From an uncultured virus (IMG/VR IMGVR_UViG_3300045391_004154) (lineage: Duplodnaviria; Heunggongvirae; Uroviricota; Caudoviricetes), in the IMG/VR virus record IMGVR_UViG_3300045391_004154: DNA of 64,000 nucleotides; one strand, given 5' to 3'. Shown piece after piece: positions 38,929 through 47,441 of this stretch; position 1 is the first letter of the stretch; every line of letters begins with the position of its first letter. Below the pieces are notes generated by a model, which did no database searches, was not told the DNA's origin, and saw nothing but the letters and a program-made list of their open reading frames with translations. A program made the translations under genes and the position numbers.

Positions 38929-39471
38929 CTATAGTCGGCTCTTGATGAATATATTACCGCCAAACTTCGCTTGGGCTCGGCGCATGCGGGCAGCGTCTTC
39001 TGGGTGCAAACCCAACAGCAAACTTGGAAACCATTTTTGCTCAAATGGCTTGCCGCTTGGTTTGTAGAAGGTAAGCCGGTGATCTGGAAACCAGATGGCA
39101 GCGCTCTTTTCCATGATGAGCTGCGTGGCCGCGGTCTCGGTGGCGCGGCCGTTGAGCAGTGCAATTCCACTATTCTGCTCCACGAACTTCCTGGCCCACT
39201 GCAGCACGCCGCGATAGGGCGGGTTCATGAATACCCGATCGCGCGGACGCCACGGATAGTCCAGCCCATTTAGCACTGCCGGATAATAAAAGCCCTTCGC
39301 CGTCTTTCGCACGCTACCATCGGTCAGCATCAACCGGGCCGTGCGCCACGGCATCTTCGGCGGGCAGCACGGGTCAAGATCAAACGGGCCCAGCAGCTTC
39401 ACCAGCGCTGGGTCGGTGAGGTAGGTATTGGACCAGTTCTTTTGATCGGAATAGGGCGTGGCATCAGCCAT
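38929..39471 (-). CDS. Phage DNA N6-adenine methyltransferase-like protein
   Basis: LGPFDLDPC, NGL...W, VFMNPPY, GIALL..R..ET, RLTFY; ATG at 39471. Confidence 0.75.
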   Translation of the reverse strand: MADATPYSDQKNWSNTYLTDPALVKLLGPFDLDPCCPPKMPWRTARLMLTDGSVRKTAKGFYYPAVLNGLDYPWRPRDRVFMNPPYRGVLQWARKFVEQNSGIALLNGRATETAATQLIMEKSAAIWFPDHRLTFYKPSGKPFEQKWFPSLLLGLHPEDAARMRRAQAKFGGNIFIKSRL

Positions 39472-39928
39472 TTGTAATGTGCTCCCAGGTCCGGCGCGTC
39501 GGGAGAATGTCACCGTGCCGCGGCTTAAGCCACCGCCCCCTGCTCTCGGCATCGTGCGCGTAGGGCTCCGAAAATACGATCCGCAGGCAGCCGGTGTTTA
39601 GGAGCGCCTTGACGCAATCGAGGCAGGGGGAGTGCGTGACATAGCAGGTGTGGATCAACCGCACGTCGGGGCAGCGGAGCAGCGCGTTGATCTCGGCGTG
39701 AATGGCCTCGCAGGCTTGCAGGTTCTTTCCACTCGGGGCGTTGCGGCCGGCGCATGGAAAGATATCACAATGGGCCTGGCCACTCGCCGGCCCGTTGTAG
39801 CCGGAGGAGATGGGATAGCCGTCCGCGTCCATCAGCAGGCAGCCGACCTGGCGCCGGCCGCAGGTGCCGCGGCGCGCCCAGGCCGCGGCGATCGCCAGGC
39901 CCGTTTCGTCTAGGGTTGCGCGGCTCAT
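39464..39928 (-). CDS. dCMP deaminase
   Basis: TC.RRQVG, GYNG, IHAEINAL, THSPCLDC. Confidence 0.88.
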   Translation of the reverse strand: MSRATLDETGLAIAAAWARRGTCGRRQVGCLLMDADGYPISSGYNGPASGQAHCDIFPCAGRNAPSGKNLQACEAIHAEINALLRCPDVRLIHTCYVTHSPCLDCVKALLNTGCLRIVFSEPYAHDAESRGRWLKPRHGDILPTRRTWEHITNG

Positions 39929-40803
39929 CCGAACAACTCCCCGAGGAAGTGCGCCGACTGCAGCGACCATTGGCCGCGGGCGCAGGCCCAGAGGTGCGCG
40001 ATGAGGTCATCGCTGGTCTGGAACTCGGCGAGGTTGAGCGAGCGCATGACCTTTTCACTCGCCTCGTTTAAACACGCTTGTGCGCCGTCGCTGTCCACCT
40101 GATAGAGGTGCTGCGAGCCGGCGGTGAGGGTGAGGTAGCCGAGCTCCAGCTCGCGCAGCGCCGCGAGAGTGGTCTTCTGCTCGCCCAGCAATAGCTCAGC
40201 ATTTTGGGAGCTCAGGATTTTGCTGGCCTGGCCGCGCAGCTCCAGCGCCACGACGGCCGCCGCCATGGAGAAGTTGAAGATGTCGTAGACCCAGCCGGTC
40301 CAGATGTCGGAGCTGCGCATGGTGGCAACGCAGTGCAGCTTGCCGCCCCGGATGAGGAACTGCCAGGAGAGCGTGCAGGGCGTGTCCTTGCTCGGCCGCG
40401 GCTGCTCGCGCCAGATGTTCACGACGGCCTGACGAGAGGCGGGATCGCGCACGAGGGTATCCACCACGAAGGAGAGCTGGTCCACGAACTTGGGCCCGTA
40501 GGCCCCGAAGTAGCGCCGGCCGTCATCGCTCAAATCCTTGATGGCCTTGGCGTAGGGCGCGATGGTTGAGACGCGGTTGTCGCCGGACAAAATCCAGGCG
40601 GCCTCGGCGCACATGAACTTGTAGCCGAGCTTTCGGCCCGGAGAGAGTACCACAGGGTTGCTCATGTCGATTGTGGTCTGATAGGCGACCAGCTCCCGGT
40701 TCGCCCGGCCGCGCCAGGTGGCGCCAGCGGACATGGGAGAAACACTCACGCCACTGTGGAGCAAATCCATGAGGGCGCGTTTCCAAACCAGGGTGGTGCT
40801 CAT
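39925..40803 (-). CDS. Thymidylate synthase-fold enzyme, probably dCMP-specific (methyl- or hydroxymethyltransferase)
   Basis: GAYG, SRQAV, KDTPCT, QF.IR, MRSSD.W.G..YD.F, GSQHLY; ATG at 40803. Confidence 0.8.
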   Translation of the reverse strand: MSTTLVWKRALMDLLHSGVSVSPMSAGATWRGRANRELVAYQTTIDMSNPVVLSPGRKLGYKFMCAEAAWILSGDNRVSTIAPYAKAIKDLSDDGRRYFGAYGPKFVDQLSFVVDTLVRDPASRQAVVNIWREQPRPSKDTPCTLSWQFLIRGGKLHCVATMRSSDIWTGWVYDIFNFSMAAAVVALELRGQASKILSSQNAELLLGEQKTTLAALRELELGYLTLTAGSQHLYQVDSDGAQACLNEASEKVMRSLNLAEFQTSDDLIAHLWACARGQWSLQSAHFLGELFG

Positions 40804-41810
40804 ATTTTCAATGCCTCTTGCAGTAGGGTTCGATATTTTTCGGGATGCTGGGCCTGGAAGCGGCGGGCCCATTGGGGATGCGGAATGCTTGCCGCGTTGG
40901 GAAAGCTCAGCTCCTCCACCCGCCGCGCCGCGATCCCGCCCAGCGCGATCACGCGCGTGGTGGCGGAGAGGTGATCGCGCAGAAAGCGCAGCCAGTCGTG
41001 GCCGATGGCGTTGGTCCACAGTGCCTGGTCCTCGCGGAATTTGAGCTTATGCAATTGCTTGTTGAAATAGGTCGCCGAGCTCATCTCGTCGTTCCACAGG
41101 AACGGCGCGGCCCGGTTGCAGGCCCGTGGGCTCAGCTGCTCGCCCACGAACAGGTAGCGGGGATCGCGCGGGTTGCCGGTGAGGTTGGGCAGGTCGGTGG
41201 CGAAGGTTTCGCCGGCGTGGCGGCGCAGGGCGTAGACCCGGCCCACGATGGTATCCATGGCGATGTCCAGGAGCTTGGCCGATATGCCGGCAATCTCGAA
41301 GTCGTACACCAGCACGTCATCGCGCAGCGGATAGTCCTGAAACTGGGTAAGCTGGTTGTAATACCACTTGCCGTCGGCCGCCAGGTTGCCGCTGGCCAGA
41401 TCGAGATAGCGTTGCGCCACCATCTCCATGCGAGCAAACTTCTCCACCCGGGTGCGCTTCAGCTCCTCGAAGTGCTTCATGTGACCGGCAAAGTCGCGCC
41501 GGACGCACAGCACCGTCACGGCGCCGTAGCGCAGCAGGGCGCGATCCAGGCACCTGGCGCCCAGATCGTAGGCTGGCCCGTCGCGGAAGGTGTCGCCGTA
41601 TATCTGCTCGGAGAGCCAGAGCCGGTCAATGATGACCAGCTGCTTCTGACTGCGCTTGATTGCCAGATCAACCGTCGCCAAATGCCGCTTCCAGATATCC
41701 GGCCACAGGCCATTGTGAATGTAAAAGGCGTCATAGCGCTTCACGAGCGCGCGGGCCAGCGTAGTCTTGCCCGTGCCGTCGGCGCCCTCCAGGATAATAA
41801 TGCCCTTCAA
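40800..41810 (-). CDS. dNMP kinase fused to a uracil-DNA glycosylase-like domain
   Basis: LEGADGTGKTT, IDR..LSE.IYG; then LFVGE, WTNA, VIALG..A, HP. Confidence 0.75.
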   Translation of the reverse strand: MKGIIILEGADGTGKTTLARALVKRYDAFYIHNGLWPDIWKRHLATVDLAIKRSQKQLVIIDRLWLSEQIYGDTFRDGPAYDLGARCLDRALLRYGAVTVLCVRRDFAGHMKHFEELKRTRVEKFARMEMVAQRYLDLASGNLAADGKWYYNQLTQFQDYPLRDDVLVYDFEIAGISAKLLDIAMDTIVGRVYALRRHAGETFATDLPNLTGNPRDPRYLFVGEQLSPRACNRAAPFLWNDEMSSATYFNKQLHKLKFREDQALWTNAIGHDWLRFLRDHLSATTRVIALGGIAARRVEELSFPNAASIPHPQWARRFQAQHPEKYRTLLQEALKI

Positions 41811-41811
41811 T

Positions 41812-41967
41812 TCAATCTCCCTGCGATAGCTTGCGTTTAAACAGCATCGCCTTGCCGCTCGGGTAGAGCGCGCAAAACTCCCAGGTGGGGTCGAGGTGCT
41901 TCCAGAACACGTCGTCGGGCCCGGGAATAACCACGAACTCCGCCACCAGATATTCCCAGCGGTCCAT
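41812..41967 (-). CDS. Small protein (DUF4177-like)
   Basis: 52 codons: MDRWEY...WEF...LFKR; below the ORF-track cutoff. Confidence 0.45.
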   Translation of the reverse strand: MDRWEYLVAEFVVIPGPDDVFWKHLDPTWEFCALYPSGKAMLFKRKLSQGD

Positions 41968-41972
41968 GATTG

Positions 41973-42161
41973 CTATTCCTTCGGCCCAATCAGGTTCAAG
42001 CTCAGCTTGACCCCCTCGGGCGCGCCGTCCACCTTGGCAAAGCCGCTGGTGCTGGCGATCATCCGCGACTTACCGGTGCCGCTCAGCGGCGCGGCCTTCA
42101 CCTGCTCGGCGGTGCACGGAATGCGCACCACCACTTCACCGTTTTCATACGAGATTTTCAT
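41973..42161 (-). CDS. Small hypothetical protein
   Basis: S.TGKS..IAST.G motif; GGAG RBS. Confidence 0.6.
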   Translation of the reverse strand: MKISYENGEVVVRIPCTAEQVKAAPLSGTGKSRMIASTSGFAKVDGAPEGVKLSLNLIGPKE

Positions 42162-42185
42162 TTGGTTCTCCCAGCTCTGTTTCGA

Positions 42186-42230
42186 AACTAAACCCTAGTC
42201 TCTCGGGTAAACAAAAGTAAACACTGTTTA
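42186..42230 (-). promoter_or_regulatory. Leftward promoter-like element
   Basis: Minus strand GTTTACTTTTGTTTA (shared with the 29.9 kb element), 18-nt spacer, TAGGGT. Confidence 0.5.
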
Positions 42231-42713
42231 TTCGCCGATCCGGAAGCGCTTGGCGTGCTGCTCCAGGATGGGCGCGTGGTTCGGCGGCACGAAGTCCTTT
42301 GGTTTCACCACGTCCAGGCTATGCCCGCGAGTCGATCGCGGATCACCCGCGGACACAGCCCGCTCCTTGCTCATGTTGGCGCGCTGCACCTCGGCGAAGA
42401 CCTCGTTGAGTGGAATACCCAGCATGTGCGCGGTGCCATCAGTGACATACTTCAAGTCGGCCAATGCGTCAGCGGCCTTCTCCAGGTCCTTGCCGTCATC
42501 GGGATATTCGTTGAGGTAATCCTGAGCCCGACTGATGGCATCGGCCGCGTTGCTGTAGCCACAGGCAAGCACCAGCTCCGAGAGCTCCTCCATCAGGAAT
42601 TTTATTCTAAAGCAGATGGTGCTCTCGTCGGGAAACCCGGGTGGCGTGCTCTCGGCCACGGGCAGGTCAAACTTGCGGTGGAACTCGCCCACCAGGTTGA
42701 AGGTATCGGTCAT
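42228..42713 (-). CDS. MazG/PRA-PH-like NTP pyrophosphohydrolase
   Basis: V.EFH.KF, R...L.EEL.EL, ADALADL.YV..G, F.EV.RANMSK, KP..F..P. Confidence 0.82.
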   Translation of the reverse strand: MTDTFNLVGEFHRKFDLPVAESTPPGFPDESTICFRIKFLMEELSELVLACGYSNAADAISRAQDYLNEYPDDGKDLEKAADALADLKYVTDGTAHMLGIPLNEVFAEVQRANMSKERAVSAGDPRSTRGHSLDVVKPKDFVPPNHAPILEQHAKRFRIGE

Positions 42714-42716
42714 GCT

Positions 42717-43244
42717 CTATCTCCGTCTAATTATGTTGATAATTTCCGCCTCACTGATGGGGCGATAGTCGGCGTAGTCGCAGTCCACTCCGACGTCCAG
42801 GAAGGTGCAGAGCTCCTGGCGCGGCGGCTTGCCCTTGCCGCCGTGATGATGGCCGTGCAGCACCAGGCCATTAGCCATCGGGTCGTGCAGGTGGAGTCGG
42901 CGCGGGTCGTGGATCAGGTTGACCTTCCAGCCATTTGAGAAGCAAATGACGGAGTAATCCTCCACGCTGGCCCAGCCCCTGGCCTTGTAGGTATCGCGAT
43001 GATCGTGGTTGCCCTTGCGCAGATGCTTGGTGCCATGCAGCTCCACCAGGATGCACTCGAGCTCGGGCCGGCGAAAGTATAGCGCCACGTCTCCCAGCAC
43101 GAACACCTCGTCCTCCGGCCGCACGGTGTCGTTCCAGCGGCAAATCAGCTGCTCGTGCATGTGGGCCAGGTCGCGAAACGGCCGCTCGCAATAGTCAATG
43201 ATCTTGTCGTGGCCGAAGTGGAGATCGGAGGTGAAGTATCTCAT
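42717..43244 (-). CDS. Calcineurin-like metallophosphoesterase
   Basis: TSDLHFGH, LGD, GNHD, LHGHHH, DVGVD. Confidence 0.85.
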   Translation of the reverse strand: MRYFTSDLHFGHDKIIDYCERPFRDLAHMHEQLICRWNDTVRPEDEVFVLGDVALYFRRPELECILVELHGTKHLRKGNHDHRDTYKARGWASVEDYSVICFSNGWKVNLIHDPRRLHLHDPMANGLVLHGHHHGGKGKPPRQELCTFLDVGVDCDYADYRPISEAEIINIIRRR

Positions 43245-43582
43245 TTCTCACCGTGCGTCACGTTCCGCGGGATATCCTCCAGAAGGTATTCACCCTCCAG
43301 CGCCGCCAGATCGCCGACGGCGTAGAAGGCCGCGCCGAGCTCGCGATAGCCCTCCACCGAATAACCAATCAGCATGTAGAACTGGTTCAGCTCGGCCTCG
43401 GTAAACTCGCCTTCGTGATAGCGCTTGACGATCTCGTTGAGGTCCAGCCTCTTGGGGCCGGTGCCTCTAAGGTCCAGCAGCGCGGTGACAATCCGGTTTT
43501 CCTGAAACCGCGGCTTGTTATCCGGGCCCAGGATAACGGGCTGCATCGGCAGCCCATTCATCGGTTCAAGCAGTCTCTTCAT
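43241..43582 (-). CDS. Hypothetical protein
   Basis: PMQP, RFQEN.IV, QF..LIGYSV.GY.EL. Confidence 0.6.
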   Translation of the reverse strand: MKRLLEPMNGLPMQPVILGPDNKPRFQENRIVTALLDLRGTGPKRLDLNEIVKRYHEGEFTEAELNQFYMLIGYSVEGYRELGAAFYAVGDLAALEGEYLLEDIPRNVTHGEK

Positions 43583-45080
43583 CGGCTTCCTCCTCCATCT
43601 GCGCCTCAATGGACTTCGGCACGGCGAACGGCAGGAGCTCGGCCGGGAATTTCCGTATCTCCGGCACGGCATCCTTGCCGCGCAACAGCTTGAGGTTCTT
43701 GCGCTGCGTCGCCACATCGTTCTTGCTCACCAGGCTCTCCGGCCAGTGATGCTTGATGATAGCCACCAGCTGGTCGGCGGTGAAGCGGTCCAGGGATATC
43801 AGCTCCTGGAGGTAGCGCATGCGGCCCTGCTTGCGATCGGGCTCGGGTATCGGCGCGCCCACGAGCAGGTTCGCCACGGGCACCTCCACCCGCCGCTTGC
43901 CACCCACCCCCTGACTCTTGGCCCGCGGCGCGCCCTCAAAGCGGGCGGCCGGAATGTGCTGGACGAGCTCGCGAGCAGGGGGGAGCTCGTGAACGTAGGA
44001 ATGACCCTCCGCGGGAGGCTCGCGCAATTCCACGTGGAAGACGCCAGGCCGCTCGGGCTTGGTCCCGGTGCGAATGGCGTTGGCCACCACGCCGCCCAGC
44101 CAGGAGCCACACGGCGGGCAGACGCCGCGCGCGATGAGAGAGAAGGCCGCGTTGGGAGTGGTGGCGGCGAACTCGTAGTCCGGCGGAAAGCCGCAGAGGG
44201 CTGCGCCCTCATTGACGGTAACAAAGCGCTTTTCCGTCGGATGAATGAGGGCGTAGCCCACGAAGGCATCGGCCGGTCGGTCAACCGGCAGGCGGCGATG
44301 GCCGAAGCTGGGCCGGCCGATAATCTGGCCCTGCTCGCCGCGCTTCCACTGGTCCTGCGGCACGAAGCGCTCCCAATAGTCGCGCACCTTCTCGCCCGGC
44401 TCCATTTCGAAATAGGTATTCTGCAGCCACTTGGCAACGAGCGGTTCGATCTTCACCGTCCAGTCCAGCCTGGTGGGCGTAACCTCCTGGAGGCATTCCA
44501 GCGCGGTCTTGGGTGGCGCCCAGTTGGGCAGCGGCCAGCCGATGTTGACCTTGGAGCAAACCATGAAGAAGCGCTTGCGGCTCTGTGGCACACCGTGCCA
44601 CTTGGTGTCATGGAGCACGTAATAGACGTTGTACCCGAGCTCCAGGGCCTTCTTCTCGAGCTCGCGCAGCACCTCCTGGCCCTTGCCATAGGCCTGCGTC
44701 ACGCTTTCGGTGGCCCAGACGGTCGGGCGCAGCTTCTCCAGCAGGCCGAAGTGCCGCACGGTACACTGCACGCGCGGATCGGTCCGCCACTTGTCGGCGC
44801 CGCGCGTCTTGGTGTAGCCGGCCACCGACCAGGCGGCGCAGGGTGGATTGCCGTAGATGAAATCGAGTTCTTGGAACTCGGGTTCATCTACGGGCCACTC
44901 TGAATTCGGATAATGAATGGGCAGGTCCGGGTAGTTCTTCTGCACGGTTGCCACCCCGTAGTCACTCTCCTCGAAATGGGCGATGACGTCGAAGTGGTCG
45001 CGCACCCCGATGGAGAAGCCACCGGCGAAGACGTTGGCGGCGAGGGCGCGGAGCTTGGGCTGAGTTTTCTTTTTGGTCAC
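43566..45080 (-). CDS. C5-cytosine DNA methyltransferase-fold enzyme with divergent motifs I, VI and X and an extra C-terminal domain
   Basis: FAGGFSIG, GNPPC, ESV, GVPQSRKR, RF.TV.E.A.L.GFP, IARGVCPP. Confidence 0.85.
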   Translation of the reverse strand: MTKKKTQPKLRALAANVFAGGFSIGVRDHFDVIAHFEESDYGVATVQKNYPDLPIHYPNSEWPVDEPEFQELDFIYGNPPCAAWSVAGYTKTRGADKWRTDPRVQCTVRHFGLLEKLRPTVWATESVTQAYGKGQEVLRELEKKALELGYNVYYVLHDTKWHGVPQSRKRFFMVCSKVNIGWPLPNWAPPKTALECLQEVTPTRLDWTVKIEPLVAKWLQNTYFEMEPGEKVRDYWERFVPQDQWKRGEQGQIIGRPSFGHRRLPVDRPADAFVGYALIHPTEKRFVTVNEGAALCGFPPDYEFAATTPNAAFSLIARGVCPPCGSWLGGVVANAIRTGTKPERPGVFHVELREPPAEGHSYVHELPPARELVQHIPAARFEGAPRAKSQGVGGKRRVEVPVANLLVGAPIPEPDRKQGRMRYLQELISLDRFTADQLVAIIKHHWPESLVSKNDVATQRKNLKLLRGKDAVPEIRKFPAELLPFAVPKSIEAQMEEEADEETA

Positions 45081-45104
45081 GGGTATTCCTTGGCTGGTTG
45101 AGAG

Positions 45105-45476
45105 TTAGCGACGACGATAGAGGCCCTTGGCCGGTGAGACAATGAGCTTATAGATATTGTTCATGAGGGACATCTGCGGGCTGCAGTTGCTTTCCTTGAA
45201 GTTGTTCTCCTTCAAGAAGGTCTTGACCTGCTTGAGGTTGAATTCGGTACCGCTGGGCATCTGCTGCACCCAGGCTCGGACGGCCTCGGTGATGGGAGAG
45301 CCCTTTGACTGGGTAATTACCCGCTTCTTGGGCGGCATAACGGCGGTCGTGATGGGACCATTACCGACGGTAGTTACCTGCAGGTTGCTGACCTCCTTGG
45401 TCAGCACCTCCAGGACGGTGGTAAGCCGGTTCTGCGGAATGTCGAATGAGACGTGGAACATGCTTTGAACTTTCAT
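45105..45476 (-). CDS. Hypothetical protein, possible winged helix
   Basis: AAGGAG RBS; C-terminal ...SPAKGLYR. Confidence 0.55.
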   Translation of the reverse strand: MKVQSMFHVSFDIPQNRLTTVLEVLTKEVSNLQVTTVGNGPITTAVMPPKKRVITQSKGSPITEAVRAWVQQMPSGTEFNLKQVKTFLKENNFKESNCSPQMSLMNNIYKLIVSPAKGLYRRR

Positions 45477-45501
45477 GACGGTTCTCCTTTGGCTCTGTTA
45501 A

Positions 45502-45723
45502 TTATCTTTTGGCGCGGCACTTCGGAACTGGGCCATACCAGACAAACATGTTGAGGTCGTTCCAGCTATCATCAGAGCCGAACTCGTAGATTTTATCGCG
45601 GCTCTTATCACCGTTGGTGTAGACCAGGAGCGGGACAATATCCGGGCTATGCGTTTGACGGCCGTAATAAACGCCATCTTCGGTCGGTGCCGGATTGATT
45701 TTGCGTCGCAGGACTCGGCTCAT
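45502..45723 (-). CDS. Small hypothetical protein
   Basis: PTEDG.YY...WYGP.P motif. Confidence 0.5.
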   Translation of the reverse strand: MSRVLRRKINPAPTEDGVYYGRQTHSPDIVPLLVYTNGDKSRDKIYEFGSDDSWNDLNMFVWYGPVPKCRAKR

Positions 45724-46421
45724 TTCTTCTTGCCCTTCTTCTTGGGCTTTTCAGCCGGCGCTGGCTCCGCCTTCACTACGGGCTTGGCGTCCTTCTCGGG
45801 CCAGGGCGGCACGTCGCCGCGGCCGAAGCGCGCCTGGCGGTCCTCCACGCTCATCTCCATGAGGATATTGTAGTTGTACTTGACGTCGGACTTCTTGGTG
45901 GTGCGGCCGGGCCAATTGCTCAGCACGATCTCCACCAGGCGCTCGGGCGTGTAGCTGCCCGTCATCCAGAGGCGCTGCATAAGCTTGCCGGAGCCCTCGT
46001 TCTGACCGGGCTTCTCGCCCTCGCCGGGAACGTAGACCTTCTCCACCTTGGCCGCGTTTAAACGCTCTGCGGCCGCGGCGCGCTGGGCCTTCTGCTCGGG
46101 GCTCAGCTCGGGCTCGGGCACGGGAAAGCCGAGCAGCTTCATGGCGAGCCGGTAGGTCGCCGAGTTGCGATCGTACTCCTCCGCCGTTCGCGCCAGCCGC
46201 ACCGCCACCTCCTGGTAGTTCCAGGCCGGCAGCAGGAGCTCCACGGGCTTGAGCCGATCCCAGATGGCGATGGGGCTCTTATCATAGGAGCAGTCGGCCG
46301 GTGACAAGAGCGTCACCCACTTTTGGCCGCGCTCCACCACGAGCAGCCGGCGCTTGCCGGCGCCGAAGGTTGGGATTTCATCCTCCAGGTGGACTTCCCA
46401 ATAGGTGATGTCGTCGCTCAT
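45720..46421 (-). CDS. Early protein carrying the shared ~50-aa domain
   Basis: GGAGG RBS; ...YTPERLVEIVLSNWPGRTTKKSDV...; basic tail. Confidence 0.65.
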   Translation of the reverse strand: MSDDITYWEVHLEDEIPTFGAGKRRLLVVERGQKWVTLLSPADCSYDKSPIAIWDRLKPVELLLPAWNYQEVAVRLARTAEEYDRNSATYRLAMKLLGFPVPEPELSPEQKAQRAAAAERLNAAKVEKVYVPGEGEKPGQNEGSGKLMQRLWMTGSYTPERLVEIVLSNWPGRTTKKSDVKYNYNILMEMSVEDRQARFGRGDVPPWPEKDAKPVVKAEPAPAEKPKKKGKKK

Positions 46422-46739
46422 TTATCCCCTCCGCAGAAAGATGAAAATCACCGTGGGTATCAGGATGGCCGCGGCCACCAGGCTATAGATGGCCGTCCAG
46501 ACTTGCGCGTCAGTTGGCATGGCTCAGCTCCGCGAGTAGGCCACGCCATAGTAGCGCAGCTTGGCTTCGTAGGCGTTGGCCATTATGGAGGAGCGAAAGT
46601 GAAACTCTCGCCATTCCCCGCTGAACGGCAGCAGGACCTTAAATATGTGCAGCTTCATCGTCACCACTCCTTGGGCTCGGGTGTACTCACAGTCTCCCCT
46701 CCGGGTGACTGTGAGCACACGCCTAGCTCACCGTGGGGC

Positions 46740-47441
46740 TTATTCGGCGGCCGGCAGCTTCTTGCCGTCGTTGCGCAGCTTCTGGCGGTTCCAGCTGACG
46801 TCGCTGGCCTTGGCGGAGCTGTCGGGGTAGTGCTTCTTGACCAGATCAAGAATGGCGGCGGTCGTGGCATTCTTGCCGCCCTTCATGAGCAGCGAGCGAA
46901 TGTAGCAGCCGCAGGTCATGTTGGCCTTCGGCGCCGAGGTGCTCAGCTCCTCAAAGAGCGGGGCCGCGACGCGGGGCTTGCGCTCGCCGGCCTTCTTGGC
47001 CGACTTCTTGACTGCAGGCTTCTTGGACTTCTTGGACTTCGTGGCCATCTGGCCCTCCGTTGGTTGGTCCGTCCCCTCCGAGGGGCCGGCGTTGATGGCG
47101 GCCGGGTTGGTATCCTGCTGATCCGTGGCCGTCGGCTTCGGGTCAAAGGGTTCTTCGGGCTGCTGCCCGTACTTGGCATTCAGCGCGGCGAACACCCGGC
47201 GCTGACCGTCTTGCTTGGTGGCGAACTTTGAGACATGCTTTTTCTCATCATCCGTCAGGCGATTGAACAACACGGCGAGATTGGGTCCCGAATAGCTGTT
47301 CAAATCCTCCGCCTCAATTACCACGACCTGAGTGGGCTGACCAGTGCCTGCCAAATATTGGCGAGCGGCCTCCCCGTGCGGGTGCGTGGTGATCAAAAGG
47401 TCCCTGAACAGGACCCCATGTGCAAGGGCGTATATCGTCAT
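46740..47441 (-). CDS. Early protein carrying the shared ~50-aa domain
   Basis: GGAGGAG RBS, ATG at 47441; Lys-rich linker; ...TTAAILDLVKKHYPDSSAKASDVSW... Confidence 0.65.
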   Translation of the reverse strand: MTIYALAHGVLFRDLLITTHPHGEAARQYLAGTGQPTQVVVIEAEDLNSYSGPNLAVLFNRLTDDEKKHVSKFATKQDGQRRVFAALNAKYGQQPEEPFDPKPTATDQQDTNPAAINAGPSEGTDQPTEGQMATKSKKSKKPAVKKSAKKAGERKPRVAAPLFEELSTSAPKANMTCGCYIRSLLMKGGKNATTAAILDLVKKHYPDSSAKASDVSWNRQKLRNDGKKLPAAE

